Of a stretch of 64,000 nt of DNA, positions 19,080 through 29,500 are shown piece by piece. Origin of the DNA: Euryarchaeota archaeon UBA182. GTDB taxonomy: Archaea > Thermoplasmatota > Poseidoniia > Poseidoniales > Thalassarchaeaceae. Made by a program: the position numbers and the translations under genes. The DNA is taken from positions 1,184 to 65,183 of the forward strand of contig DAGH01000023.1 of assembly GCA_002495675.1 (NCBI GenBank), read 5' to 3'. Below the pieces are notes generated by a model. The model did no database searches. It was not told the DNA's origin and saw nothing but the letters and a program-made list of their open reading frames with translations. Each line of letters begins with the position of its first letter. The stretch's first letter is position 1.

Positions 19080-20114
19080 ATGCCCTCTACCACTGTGAAG
19101 AACGCCGTTGCAAAGTCAAAAGATCTGATGGAAGATGGTGATTATGCTGCAGCCCTGTCTATCCTGAGAGACTCTTGGGATAGCAAACTAAGCAAAGGGG
19201 ATCAAATGTTGCTTGTAAGAACCGCGGGACTAGTCCACATGTCACGAGGTCAAAATGACGAGTCGGTTAGGAGGCAGGCATGGAAGGAATCGAGGAAGAG
19301 CTTTGAGCGCGCTCAGAAAATAGACCCAGGAAACAAGGAGACTCGAAAACAACTGAATGCCCTGATGTCCATGATGGACGAGGCCAACATACAAGTCGGT
19401 AGGGGATTCTCTATATTTGCAAATGGCGAGCCCACTCCTTTTGGGTTGTTGGCCATGTTCCTATCGGGTATCGTTCTACTAGCCGTGTTCGGCCAAGGGC
19501 GCGACTTGATTGCAGGGTGGGGTGATGATGACACTCCAGTCTCTCTTGAGGGGGACACCGTCAAGTTCACTGTAAGTTATTACCCCCAAATCGGAGGTCA
19601 GAAGGTCACCAGTGAGATTGACATTCAACTATACGCAGATCTGGCGCCCTCGCACGTTTCCAGTTTTCTCCAACATGTAGAGGCCGGGTTCTATGACCAG
19701 ACAACCTTCCACAGGATAATTGATGATTTCATGATACAAGGGGGGGATTTTGAGAATTCAGATGGAACAGGCGGATATGCTGCGAGTTTCTATGGGTATT
19801 GCAATGGCCAACAGGAGGCTAATGCAGGAGCCTGCTCCTACACTCAATACACACTGCCAGATGAAGCAGACAATGGACTCCAGCACCAGCCTTGCACTAT
19901 CTCGATGGCCAAGACCAGCTCCCCGAACACAGGTGGCAGCCAATTTTTCCTAATCCCGGAGGACAGCACTCCAAGTTGGCTCGATGGTCAACACACCGTT
20001 TTTGGCACGATAATTGCCGGATGCGAGGCGGTCACCAGCATCAGCGAGGTTCCAACGGGCAGTAATGATCGACCGACAAATCCAGTAAATCTAGAATCAG
20101 CTGTATTGCTGTGA
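19080..20114 (+). CDS. Membrane-anchored cyclophilin-type peptidyl-prolyl cis-trans isomerase
   Basis: The C-terminal domain has FHRIIDDFMIQGGDF, GTGGY, ISMAKTSSPNTGGSQFFL and LDGQHTVFG (cyclophilin). It is preceded by a helical TPR-like region of about 110 aa and one TM (FGLLAMFLSGIVLLAVFG). Confidence 0.9.
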   Translation: MPSTTVKNAVAKSKDLMEDGDYAAALSILRDSWDSKLSKGDQMLLVRTAGLVHMSRGQNDESVRRQAWKESRKSFERAQKIDPGNKETRKQLNALMSMMDEANIQVGRGFSIFANGEPTPFGLLAMFLSGIVLLAVFGQGRDLIAGWGDDDTPVSLEGDTVKFTVSYYPQIGGQKVTSEIDIQLYADLAPSHVSSFLQHVEAGFYDQTTFHRIIDDFMIQGGDFENSDGTGGYAASFYGYCNGQQEANAGACSYTQYTLPDEADNGLQHQPCTISMAKTSSPNTGGSQFFLIPEDSTPSWLDGQHTVFGTIIAGCEAVTSISEVPTGSNDRPTNPVNLESAVLL

Positions 20115-20160
20115 TACGATTCTCCCGGCACCTTCAATTGCCACCTTCCGGAGGGGATGT

Positions 20161-22848
20161 ATGATGGGCGACACCTTGCCGTTTGATTCGATGAGGATGT
20201 TCGAGAAGTCTGACGGCTCGACGTCTCGTTTTGCGTCGATACAGGCACTAGAAGAGGCAGGACTGTGCGTTATTGACGACCTGCCCTATACTATCCGCAT
20301 ATTGTTGGAGTCTGCACTAAGGCTTTGCGATGAACGATCAATTAACTTAGAGGATATCGAAAATATCGCGTCTTGGAGCCCCGACTGCGAGAGGAGCGAG
20401 ATACCCTACAGGCCCAGCCGAGTATTGCTACAGGACTTCACAGGGGTCCCTGCAGTGGTCGATATCGCGGCGATGCGGGATGCCATGGTCGAGATGGGCG
20501 GAGATCCAAACAAGGTTAATCCTAAGGTACCTGTTGATCTTGTCATCGATCACAGCATACAAGTGGATGCGTCAGGATTGGTCCCCAATGCACTGGAACT
20601 CAACCTTGAGTTTGAATATCATAGGAATATGGAGCGGTATTCATTCTTGAAATGGGGACAGTCGTCCTTCTCTAATTTTCGTGCGGTGCCCCCTGGTCGA
20701 GGGATAGTTCACCAAGTAAATCTAGAATGGATAGCGTCTGTCGCCCGCGAAGAAAATGGAATCTGGTTGCCTGATTCTTTGGTCGGTACTGATAGCCACA
20801 CCACAATGATCAACGGATTGGGAGTGTTAGGTTGGGGAGTAGGAGGCATTGAGGCCGAGGCGGTTATGTTGGGCCAACCAATATACATGCTTCTCCCCGA
20901 GGTGGTTGGAATGGAATTAACCGGTTCCCTCAAACCAGGCGTCACCGCGACGGATATGGCACTCAGGATTGTTGAAATGCTGCGGGAACATGGGGTAGTC
21001 GGTCGATTCGTTGAGTTCTTCGGCAATGGATTGGATTCGTTGAACCTTCCAGATAGGGCCACCATCGCGAACATGGCCCCTGAATACGGGGCAACTTGCG
21101 GTTTCTTCCCAGCAGACCAAGTCACACTGGACTACCTGGTATCATCGGGGAGGGATCCCTCAGGAGTGGAGGACATAGGACGCTACCTGCGGGCGAATTC
21201 CTTGTTCAGGCACGAAACCTCAACAACACCAAAATTCACATCGACGATACATCTTGACCTATCTTCGGTGGTATCGTCAATGGCTGGTCCAAAGCGACCA
21301 CAAGACAGGGTCGAATTGGCGGTAATGAGGGATCATTGGAGGGAATCACTGACAGCACCATTGGGGCACTCTGGTCACGGATTGGACAACGCTGATATTT
21401 CCGAAACTCAGCAACTTGAGGAAAGGGGCACTATCCTCAGCCATGGTTCAGTGGTAATCGCCGCAATCACCAGTTGTACGAACACCAGCAATCCGTCCGT
21501 GATGATAGGAGCTGGACTACTGGCTAGGAATGCCATCAAGGCAGGGCTTTCAATCAAGCCATGGGTCAAACCCAGCCTGGCACCCGGCTCTAGGGTAGTG
21601 ACAGAATACTTGGAGGCGGCGGGTTTGGATGAGGACCTCGCACATTTAGGATTCAACACGGTTGGTTACGGTTGTACGACATGTATAGGGAACTCAGGAC
21701 CCTTGGATGAGGACATAGAACAGGCAATAGACCAGGGAGACCTTGTAGTAGGCAGCGTACTATCCGGAAACAGAAATTTCGAAGGTAGGGTGCATGCCAA
21801 AGTCAAAGCCAATTATCTAGCGAGCCCCCCCTTAGTCGTCGCATATGCAATCGCAGGCCATCTTGATTTTGACTTCTCTTCCGACCCAATGGGATTTGAC
21901 AGGGACGGCCAGCCTGTGTATTTGAGGGACATCTGGCCATCAGATCAGGAAATCGGTGACGTGGTATCAAAGGCCATTTCTCCTCAGATGTATCGTGATC
22001 GATACTCAGACGTCTTGTCCGAGCCACGCTGGGAGGCTATTCCTGCCCGGGACTCTGAATTGTATGAATGGGATCCAAAATCAACATACGTCAGGAGACC
22101 CACCTTCTTGACCGACATCCCCTCGGAAATTGAGCCTATTAAGCCGATCACGGGCGCTCGCGCGCTATTGGTTTTAGGAGACAGTGTCACGACGGATCAC
22201 ATCAGTCCTGCAGGAGCATTCTCGGTTTCTTCACCTGCTGGAGAATACCTTCAGGATCACGGATTAGAAAAGACTGAGTTCAATTCATACGGCAGCAGAC
22301 GCGGAAACCACGAAGTTATGATGAGAGGGACATTTGCCAACGTCCGAATCAAAAACAAATTGGCTCCAGGTACGACCGGGGGATTCACGACCCATATCCC
22401 ATCTAACGAGGTCTTATCCATTTTCGACGCTAGTGTGAGGTACAAAAATGAGGGAACTCCTCTGATCGTTATCGCGGGTAGCCAATATGGAACAGGAAGT
22501 AGCAGGGACTGGGCGGCTAAAGGACCACTTCTGCTAGGGGTAAAGGCAGTAATCGCAACGTCGTTTGAAAGGATACATAGGTCCAATTTGGTCGGGATGG
22601 GAATACTCCCGCTGACATTCACGGAGGGACAAGGGCCTGATGAAATCGGCCTCGACGGTACGGAGTCTTTCGACATTCCATCCCATCTTGCCACAAAGCC
22701 TGGACAGATCATCCCGATAATTGCCAGAAACAAAGCAGGCGGATCAACCAGCTTCGAAGCCAAGGTCAGGCTTGATACACCTGTTGAAGTCGAATACTTT
22801 CAGAATGGTGGAATCCTTCAAACTGTACTCAGGGGTTTGGCAAAATAG
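20161..22848 (+). CDS. acnA: Aconitate hydratase A
   Basis: 895 aa. VDLVIDHSIQVD, DSHTTMINGLGVLGWGVGGIEAE, ITSCTNTSNP, YGCTTCIGNSG and GSSRDWAAKG are canonical AcnA/IRP motifs. GGAGGGGA lies 7 nt upstream of the ATG. Confidence 0.95.
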   Translation: MMGDTLPFDSMRMFEKSDGSTSRFASIQALEEAGLCVIDDLPYTIRILLESALRLCDERSINLEDIENIASWSPDCERSEIPYRPSRVLLQDFTGVPAVVDIAAMRDAMVEMGGDPNKVNPKVPVDLVIDHSIQVDASGLVPNALELNLEFEYHRNMERYSFLKWGQSSFSNFRAVPPGRGIVHQVNLEWIASVAREENGIWLPDSLVGTDSHTTMINGLGVLGWGVGGIEAEAVMLGQPIYMLLPEVVGMELTGSLKPGVTATDMALRIVEMLREHGVVGRFVEFFGNGLDSLNLPDRATIANMAPEYGATCGFFPADQVTLDYLVSSGRDPSGVEDIGRYLRANSLFRHETSTTPKFTSTIHLDLSSVVSSMAGPKRPQDRVELAVMRDHWRESLTAPLGHSGHGLDNADISETQQLEERGTILSHGSVVIAAITSCTNTSNPSVMIGAGLLARNAIKAGLSIKPWVKPSLAPGSRVVTEYLEAAGLDEDLAHLGFNTVGYGCTTCIGNSGPLDEDIEQAIDQGDLVVGSVLSGNRNFEGRVHAKVKANYLASPPLVVAYAIAGHLDFDFSSDPMGFDRDGQPVYLRDIWPSDQEIGDVVSKAISPQMYRDRYSDVLSEPRWEAIPARDSELYEWDPKSTYVRRPTFLTDIPSEIEPIKPITGARALLVLGDSVTTDHISPAGAFSVSSPAGEYLQDHGLEKTEFNSYGSRRGNHEVMMRGTFANVRIKNKLAPGTTGGFTTHIPSNEVLSIFDASVRYKNEGTPLIVIAGSQYGTGSSRDWAAKGPLLLGVKAVIATSFERIHRSNLVGMGILPLTFTEGQGPDEIGLDGTESFDIPSHLATKPGQIIPIIARNKAGGSTSFEAKVRLDTPVEVEYFQNGGILQTVLRGLAK

Positions 22849-22859
22849 GAGGTGCAGCT

Positions 22860-23462
22860 TTGAAATCCAGACTAGTGTTCAGGCATGATGGCCATGAGAT
22901 CATCGCGGTTATCGAGGGCCCTCAGGCGTGGGTGAAACATTTCTCTGATCAAATAGGCCTGGGCACAGACTCTGGTTGGATGATTGAGCTAACCCATGGG
23001 AAAGGAAAGGACCCACTGAGGCCCAGCAGCGATGAACCAATCTTGCCCGGCCCACCACCTGATCCATCGAGAATACCAGCGGTAATCCGTGAAATTGGTT
23101 CCTTTGATCCTGCACAGAATCAGGATGCCAATGGGCCCCCGGATCTCGATGAAAATGAGCTGAAAATTTTTATCTCTGAGATGCCAGAGCCGCAAATCCC
23201 TCCAGACTCGATATCAATGGACCCGCTTACTGAGGAGTGGCTGAGGCTCGTAATGGCGATCGTCATCACTGAACACGGTCTTTCATCAATAACCCCGCAG
23301 AAGATAGCCGACCTGCTTTCGGAAAGGACGGCCCTTGACGAAATTGCCGTCAGCCTAGCATTGAAGCGTTTGTGGGCCTCTGGAAAGGTGGACAGAATTC
23401 TAACAGATGCAGGTCATGAGTATGCTCCTTCCCCCTCTTGGATACAGGTGTACAGAGATTAA
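22860..23462 (+). CDS. Hypothetical protein (200 aa) with a Pro-rich linker and a possible C-terminal winged-helix domain
   Basis: The TTG start is preceded by GGAGGTG (22848-22854) at 5-nt spacing. I recognise no family. The C-terminal 70 aa are helical (ITPQKIADLLSERTALDEIAVSLALKRLWASGKV). Confidence 0.5.
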   Translation: MKSRLVFRHDGHEIIAVIEGPQAWVKHFSDQIGLGTDSGWMIELTHGKGKDPLRPSSDEPILPGPPPDPSRIPAVIREIGSFDPAQNQDANGPPDLDENELKIFISEMPEPQIPPDSISMDPLTEEWLRLVMAIVITEHGLSSITPQKIADLLSERTALDEIAVSLALKRLWASGKVDRILTDAGHEYAPSPSWIQVYRD

Positions 23463-23527
23463 CAACAAGACCCAGCATCGCGCATTTGTTGGTAAATAAT
23501 AAGAGACCATTGCTACTCCGGCGAGCC

Positions 23528-26500
23528 ATGCGCAGCGCAGGCAAGGCGAAAGGAAATGAGAATAGGAGAGTCAAGGCGATCACTCTAGTCGCCATGATGG
23601 TATCCATGACAATGCTTAGTATGATTCCAGCAGCTAGTGCCTCCCAGATCACACAATATGCAGTTCAGAGGGATCCTCATTACGTTGACACAGGGGACTT
23701 AGACTGCGATGGAGACAACGACATCGTTGCGTCTAGCAGCATGGGCTTTTACCTCACGTCTATGTTCAACGACGGCTCCGGAGGCTTCCCTGACAGACAA
23801 GACATATTCATCGCAGGTGGAGTGGGAGATTCCCAACGACAAAACATATTCCAGACTGCAAACAGCCAACAAATCCAGATCGCCGACATAGACGGCGACC
23901 AAATGCCAGACATCGTTTATTTCCAAGAGAATGTTAGATTCGTGGGAGAAACCTTCGTCAGACCTGCTAACCTAACGGTTATTTGGGGCGAGTGTAACAA
24001 GAACACCCATCAATGGGATCGTGACATCATCGAAATCCCCTCGCACCCATTTAGCCAAGGCATGGATGTTGGCGACATAGACGACGATGGCGATGATGAC
24101 ATCGTTCTTGCAACCATGACCCCCGACGGTGGCCAGACTTACGTAGAAGTGTTCAAGGGGCCAGATCCAGGCCCGCAAGCAGATCAGACGATCCTCGTTC
24201 CCGCCCCGACTTATGGCCATTACAGCTACATTGAGTTGGGACAATGGGGTGAGGATCTAGCACAAGACCCCATCACTGGGCAAACTCTCCCCGGTGAATG
24301 CGAAGACCTCGATCTTTGGGTCTTGAGGACTCCGAGATTCAATCCCGGAGCCGGTTATTCCGTGGGCAACTATGACAACATGACCGTATTGGAATTTGAT
24401 TGCGTCACTGGCTTGTATGCTGATCCAAACGTTGGAGGATCTGCAGCCGCTGCTGTCCACGATTTCACCCTAGATGCCGAGCATGGATATGAGCTTGAGA
24501 TCGATGTGGAGGATACGGACGGTGACGGAATCGTCGACATGGTCGCTGCAGTTGATGGTATAGAAGGTAGAATCAGCTATGCAACCCGATCCTCCGTTGG
24601 ATCAAATTGGGACACAAGGAATTACATCAATTTAGGAAACTATAAGGGCGCCTCAATCACGATTTCAGACGTCAATGGTGATGGAAAAATGGACTTCTTC
24701 ATACCCACTGAACTGACTCTGACACGACTACAGGACTCGTCCTCCAGAAACCAAACATACACGACTGTTGAGAACCTTAGAGAACTTAACAGCGTGGAGA
24801 TCATCCTTTCCAACGGTCAGGGGACTGGATACCTCTCCCCAATTTCCTTCGACGTAGGCAGAAGACCGACGGTCGCCGCTCCAGCACAACTCAAAGGAGA
24901 TGACACTACCGCCCAGGAAATCATAATCGGGCAGAGAGACTACTCCTACCGATTTGGGAGCGGAGCCATGTGGATGGACAGCCTTGGTTGGCCCGGAGCA
25001 GGAGATTTCCTGTCGGTGCTCACGCTTGACAACCAAGATGTCGCAATCGATGGATTAACGATCGCACCCGCTTCTACAGACCCCTCCACTGGAGATGCAC
25101 AACTCGGCGAGGGTACTAGATTCGTTAACGTCACTCTGATGAACACTGGCCTAAACCCAGTTAGTGGATCAGTGGACCTCGACCTCGCAGTGAAGGAAGT
25201 CGTCGGCGGGGTAGACACATTGGTGTATTCCAACGATTTCGATGGAAACGAGGACACAACAAACTGCGCTGGTTGTACTTGGGCAGGGGCATCATACACC
25301 TCTGACTTCGCCCCAGGAACATCTTGGCACGCTGAGACGGGTTCAACCGCTGCAACTGAAAACGTGTCCACCTACGAGGCTGACCATAATCCAACAAACT
25401 ACATGTGGGCAGGACTCGACTACAATGGTACTGCTGAGAACAACTCGGGCTACTTCAACAACATGGATGAGGCTTTCATCCTAGAGGACGTCGATCTAAC
25501 TGGGGCCGATGCGGCATTCCTCGATGTCTCCATATTGTGCAGCGTGGCATTCACGAACCTCTTCCTTTCAGAGCCGTACGTCGTTCAGGAGAGATGGCTG
25601 TATGAAGACTCTTGCGGCATCGAGGCCTTCTCTGAGGGGCGTGGATGGGAGAGTGTCTGGTTCCAGGGCGGCTACGACTTAGACCGATACTTCAACATCC
25701 TCCAATTGAACCAAGATCCAGAGTTGGAAATAAAGAACTTCGCCATATATCCACAATACGTCACTGAATGGACGAACTACACAGAAGGCGGTGATGAGGA
25801 TGAAGACGCGAACACACTAGATGCTATCGATCTCACTCCCTATGCGGGGGAGGTGATTGACCTTAGATTCAGATTCAGAAGCGGCCTTTACGGTTCTGTG
25901 GGAACAACGGACACCTCGTATGATACTGGGCTCGATGGTTTCGCATTCGATAACATCACCATCATAAAGAGAAACACGATTTTCGGACAAGAACAATCAA
26001 TCTCGCAACAAGTGAGCTTCCAACCCCTTGCAGCAGGTGAAGAGAGGGAAATCACCCTGTCAGCAGACTTCTTGGATAACACAACCTACTACATTAGCGC
26101 TGGATTGACCAATTTCAACGGATTCATAGACCAGGATCCTATCAATGATGCATTAAAGTTCCAGACCACTGTCAAGAACCTCTATGACCCGGGACTAGCG
26201 GCAGATCCATTCGTCGATTTCGAACCAGGAGTTCGCTACGCATCTGCAGAGTACCCTATCGAAATCATGGTCCAGAACTTTGGGAACACCATTACAAATT
26301 GGACCACAGAGGCAGAAATATTCAATGCATTACCCGATTTGACAGCAATTGAGGACTTCTCGGGAATCAACCCAATCTGGTCCGATGATGGAAACGATAA
26401 CGGAACAAGACTGGATGATTCCACCACTTCGAACCAAGTTCTTCCCCAAAATCAAGGTGTCTTCAAGAACTACGCATACTGGCTGGGTGATCCTGATGTG

Positions 26501-29500
26501 GGCTACGGCGATGATTGGAACGAACCAATGTCCGTAGGGCCAGTCGGAGTCGGCCAAACCGATTCTGACTATTCCTACGTATCCTGGGACTACTACGCAG
26601 AAGGGGACTATCTCGTTGATCAATACGGTAATATTCAGACAGTGAGAGACCAAGCCGCACTGTTCATAGAATGGACGAAACAAGGTCAATCATACAATGG
26701 GCTTGTCCAAGGATCATGGGTAGATCTTAACGAAAATGGCATCCAAAGGACGAATCCTGAAGATCCGCAGTTCCATGCTTGTGAAGATTTCGACAACGAC
26801 GGCAACTACGACGAAGCTGAGTATTTCGGAGACTTCGGAGATCGGGGGTACTACACTTGGTTCGACTCGGAGCAAATCGTAAAGTCGGTCGTGCTGGATC
26901 TCACGCACATCGTCCTTGAGAACAGGACATCAGATGAAGCGTTCCAATGGAGGGATGAATGTACTTCGCTGGAAGGCTCAGAAGTCACTCTCACATGGAG
27001 GTTTATCTCGAACGGAGATGGCATTAATGGAAACGCTGGTTTAGCCGGCTTTGCAATCGACAATATTCGATTTGAGGAATTCACATTCGAAGATGACGGC
27101 AACTACAGTGTGGAGGTCAATGGCCTCGACTCCCAAGAGAGTCAAGTCGTGAACCTCGGAACTCACGACTTCGACTCAGGGCTGTACAGGATCGATGTTC
27201 GAACAATTTTCGACAACAACGATCCAACACAGAAATGGTACAATGCTGAGGAGGTTAATCCAAGCAACAATTTCTCCAAGGTCCAATTCAGCATAGATAG
27301 CGCAGAGATAACCCTTCTACAGCCTAATGTACTCGATTGTGTTGGAGATGTGACTTATGAGTGCGTTTATCCCATCAGTCCGACCTCGGCTCACACATTC
27401 TCTTTGCCAATACTCAACGGTGTGATTGAGGGCGTTTACGAGGTGACTATGTCAGTCGTCGACACAACCACTGGCCAAATGGTCTGGCAAGCAACCTCGG
27501 ACAACGGCCCATTCGACTTGGTTCCGCATCAGCGAGACTTCGCGAATTGGACCCTAGGAAGTAATGCACAAATAGGGTCAACTGGGATGTTCAACTCTTG
27601 GGAGTCAGGAAGGGCCTACAACCTGAGTTGGAACGCTAAGCTAGTCTCGGACGACTCAGAAAATGGAAACAAGAGATACTTTGACATTACATTTATGGAC
27701 GATATTGATGTAGCCATACTCTCCAACCCAACCGATCAGAATCGACTCCAGAGAGTCAAGTCTGACTTGGAATCAATGGGAATGACCTACACTCAGTTCC
27801 GAACTAGTGAGTGGGAAGACTATGTCACTGAAGATTGGACAGGGGTCTACCACAAGGTACTACTTCCGTGGCAGACGGATTACAATGCTGCATACGGAGA
27901 TTATTACCAGAAGCTCAGCGAGGTTAGAACTAGTGGCCTTTCAGTGATAGACGTCCTAGACAATTTCATGGTCAATGGTGGTACACTCCAAGTCCACTTG
28001 GGCCCCTACAGGAATGACTACGTCCCAGATAATCTGCCATTCGGGATGGACATTCAGGAGAGGAATCCGGCCAACTCATCAATTAGATTCGACTATGATG
28101 ATGTTCGAGTGATCGACAGATATCACCCACTCCTTGGAGGAGTTGACCTGACTGCGTTGCAAGGGGTCCACGGTGGACAATATGTCGCCATGTCTGGCCT
28201 GGACATTTCACAGGTCCTCCCGAATCAAGTTCCTGCTGCTTGTGGTGGCAGGATATCTGATCCATTGGGCACCTTCCACAGCCTGCTGGGTAGCATGGAA
28301 TACGGCTCACAGTCTCTGTTGAGCCTCTGCAATAGAGGCAATGGCGGCATGATAGTCACAACAATGGATGTCGAGAATCCCAGCTTCTCCGAGCCTTATG
28401 GGGGCCAAACCATGCCTTTGCTATCGAACATGCTCGGCTACTCAGTGACCCCATATCCATTCGATTTCGGAATTGCAGGCGACACATTTGACCTAACAAT
28501 AAACGGAGTCTCTCCCTCTATCAACACGGTCACTAAGGCCTACAACACGGTCTACATCAAATCTAACTCAGAACTGCAATTCAGTTATGTCTCGGATGCG
28601 ACTGATTTGATCGCAGACTGGACCCTAGAGCCTGGTGGCGAAGACGCCGTGACAGGTTGGAATAGTGAGATAGTGGATCCAGGTGAATTTTCGCACGTCT
28701 CACAGTCCTCCGCGGAGATACCCACGTTGGGATCGTTCTGCGTTGAAAGCACACTGTCCTCGACTGGTTGCTTCATCGGCGCTGAATGGCTCTTGACCCT
28801 GTACCTCCACGATGCTGAAGGCCACACTAGAATGACGTACGTACGACTCATCACAAATGATACTCTTGCCGATGAGTCCGATCCAACGGCCTCCATCAAA
28901 CTCGTCGAGGACTCACTGACTGATGAGTACGTGGAAGACGACGGAACCAAGACCGTGGCAGGCACAGATTGGGATGTGCGTAGAGTTAGGCTAACCCCAA
29001 CTGGCGACATAACCTTGTCTTTCTCAGGGGCGGAAAGTAACGACGCAGATGCTCCAGAAGGAGAAAGCGGCATCCAGATGTATTCATGGAGGGTCTATTT
29101 CGATTACCCAGTCACATCCCAACCTAGCCTTGATGGCCATGTTTTCGACATACCCGCCACTGCCGGTGGAGACTCCTTCAGCTACACCTTTAGGAACGTC
29201 ACCAGCGACGGCACACTCGAGAATCAGATAAGGCTCGAATTAATCGTGTATGACAAAGCAGGGAAGTCCTCCTCAAAAGCAAGGATGTACTTCGTAGTTG
29301 TTGGAGAGGATTTCGGAGACGAACCACCTGTCGTGACATTTAGTTCTCCAAAGCCAAATGACTCCCAGACAGAAGATCGAGTCACAATCAGCGGAACCGT
29401 CGTCTCAGGAGCGGAGAATTCCGACGTTAGGATACAGGTTGCCCTAGCAGATTCTCTGATTCTGGACCTGTCGCCAACGCCCAAGGCTACTCAGAAGCAA

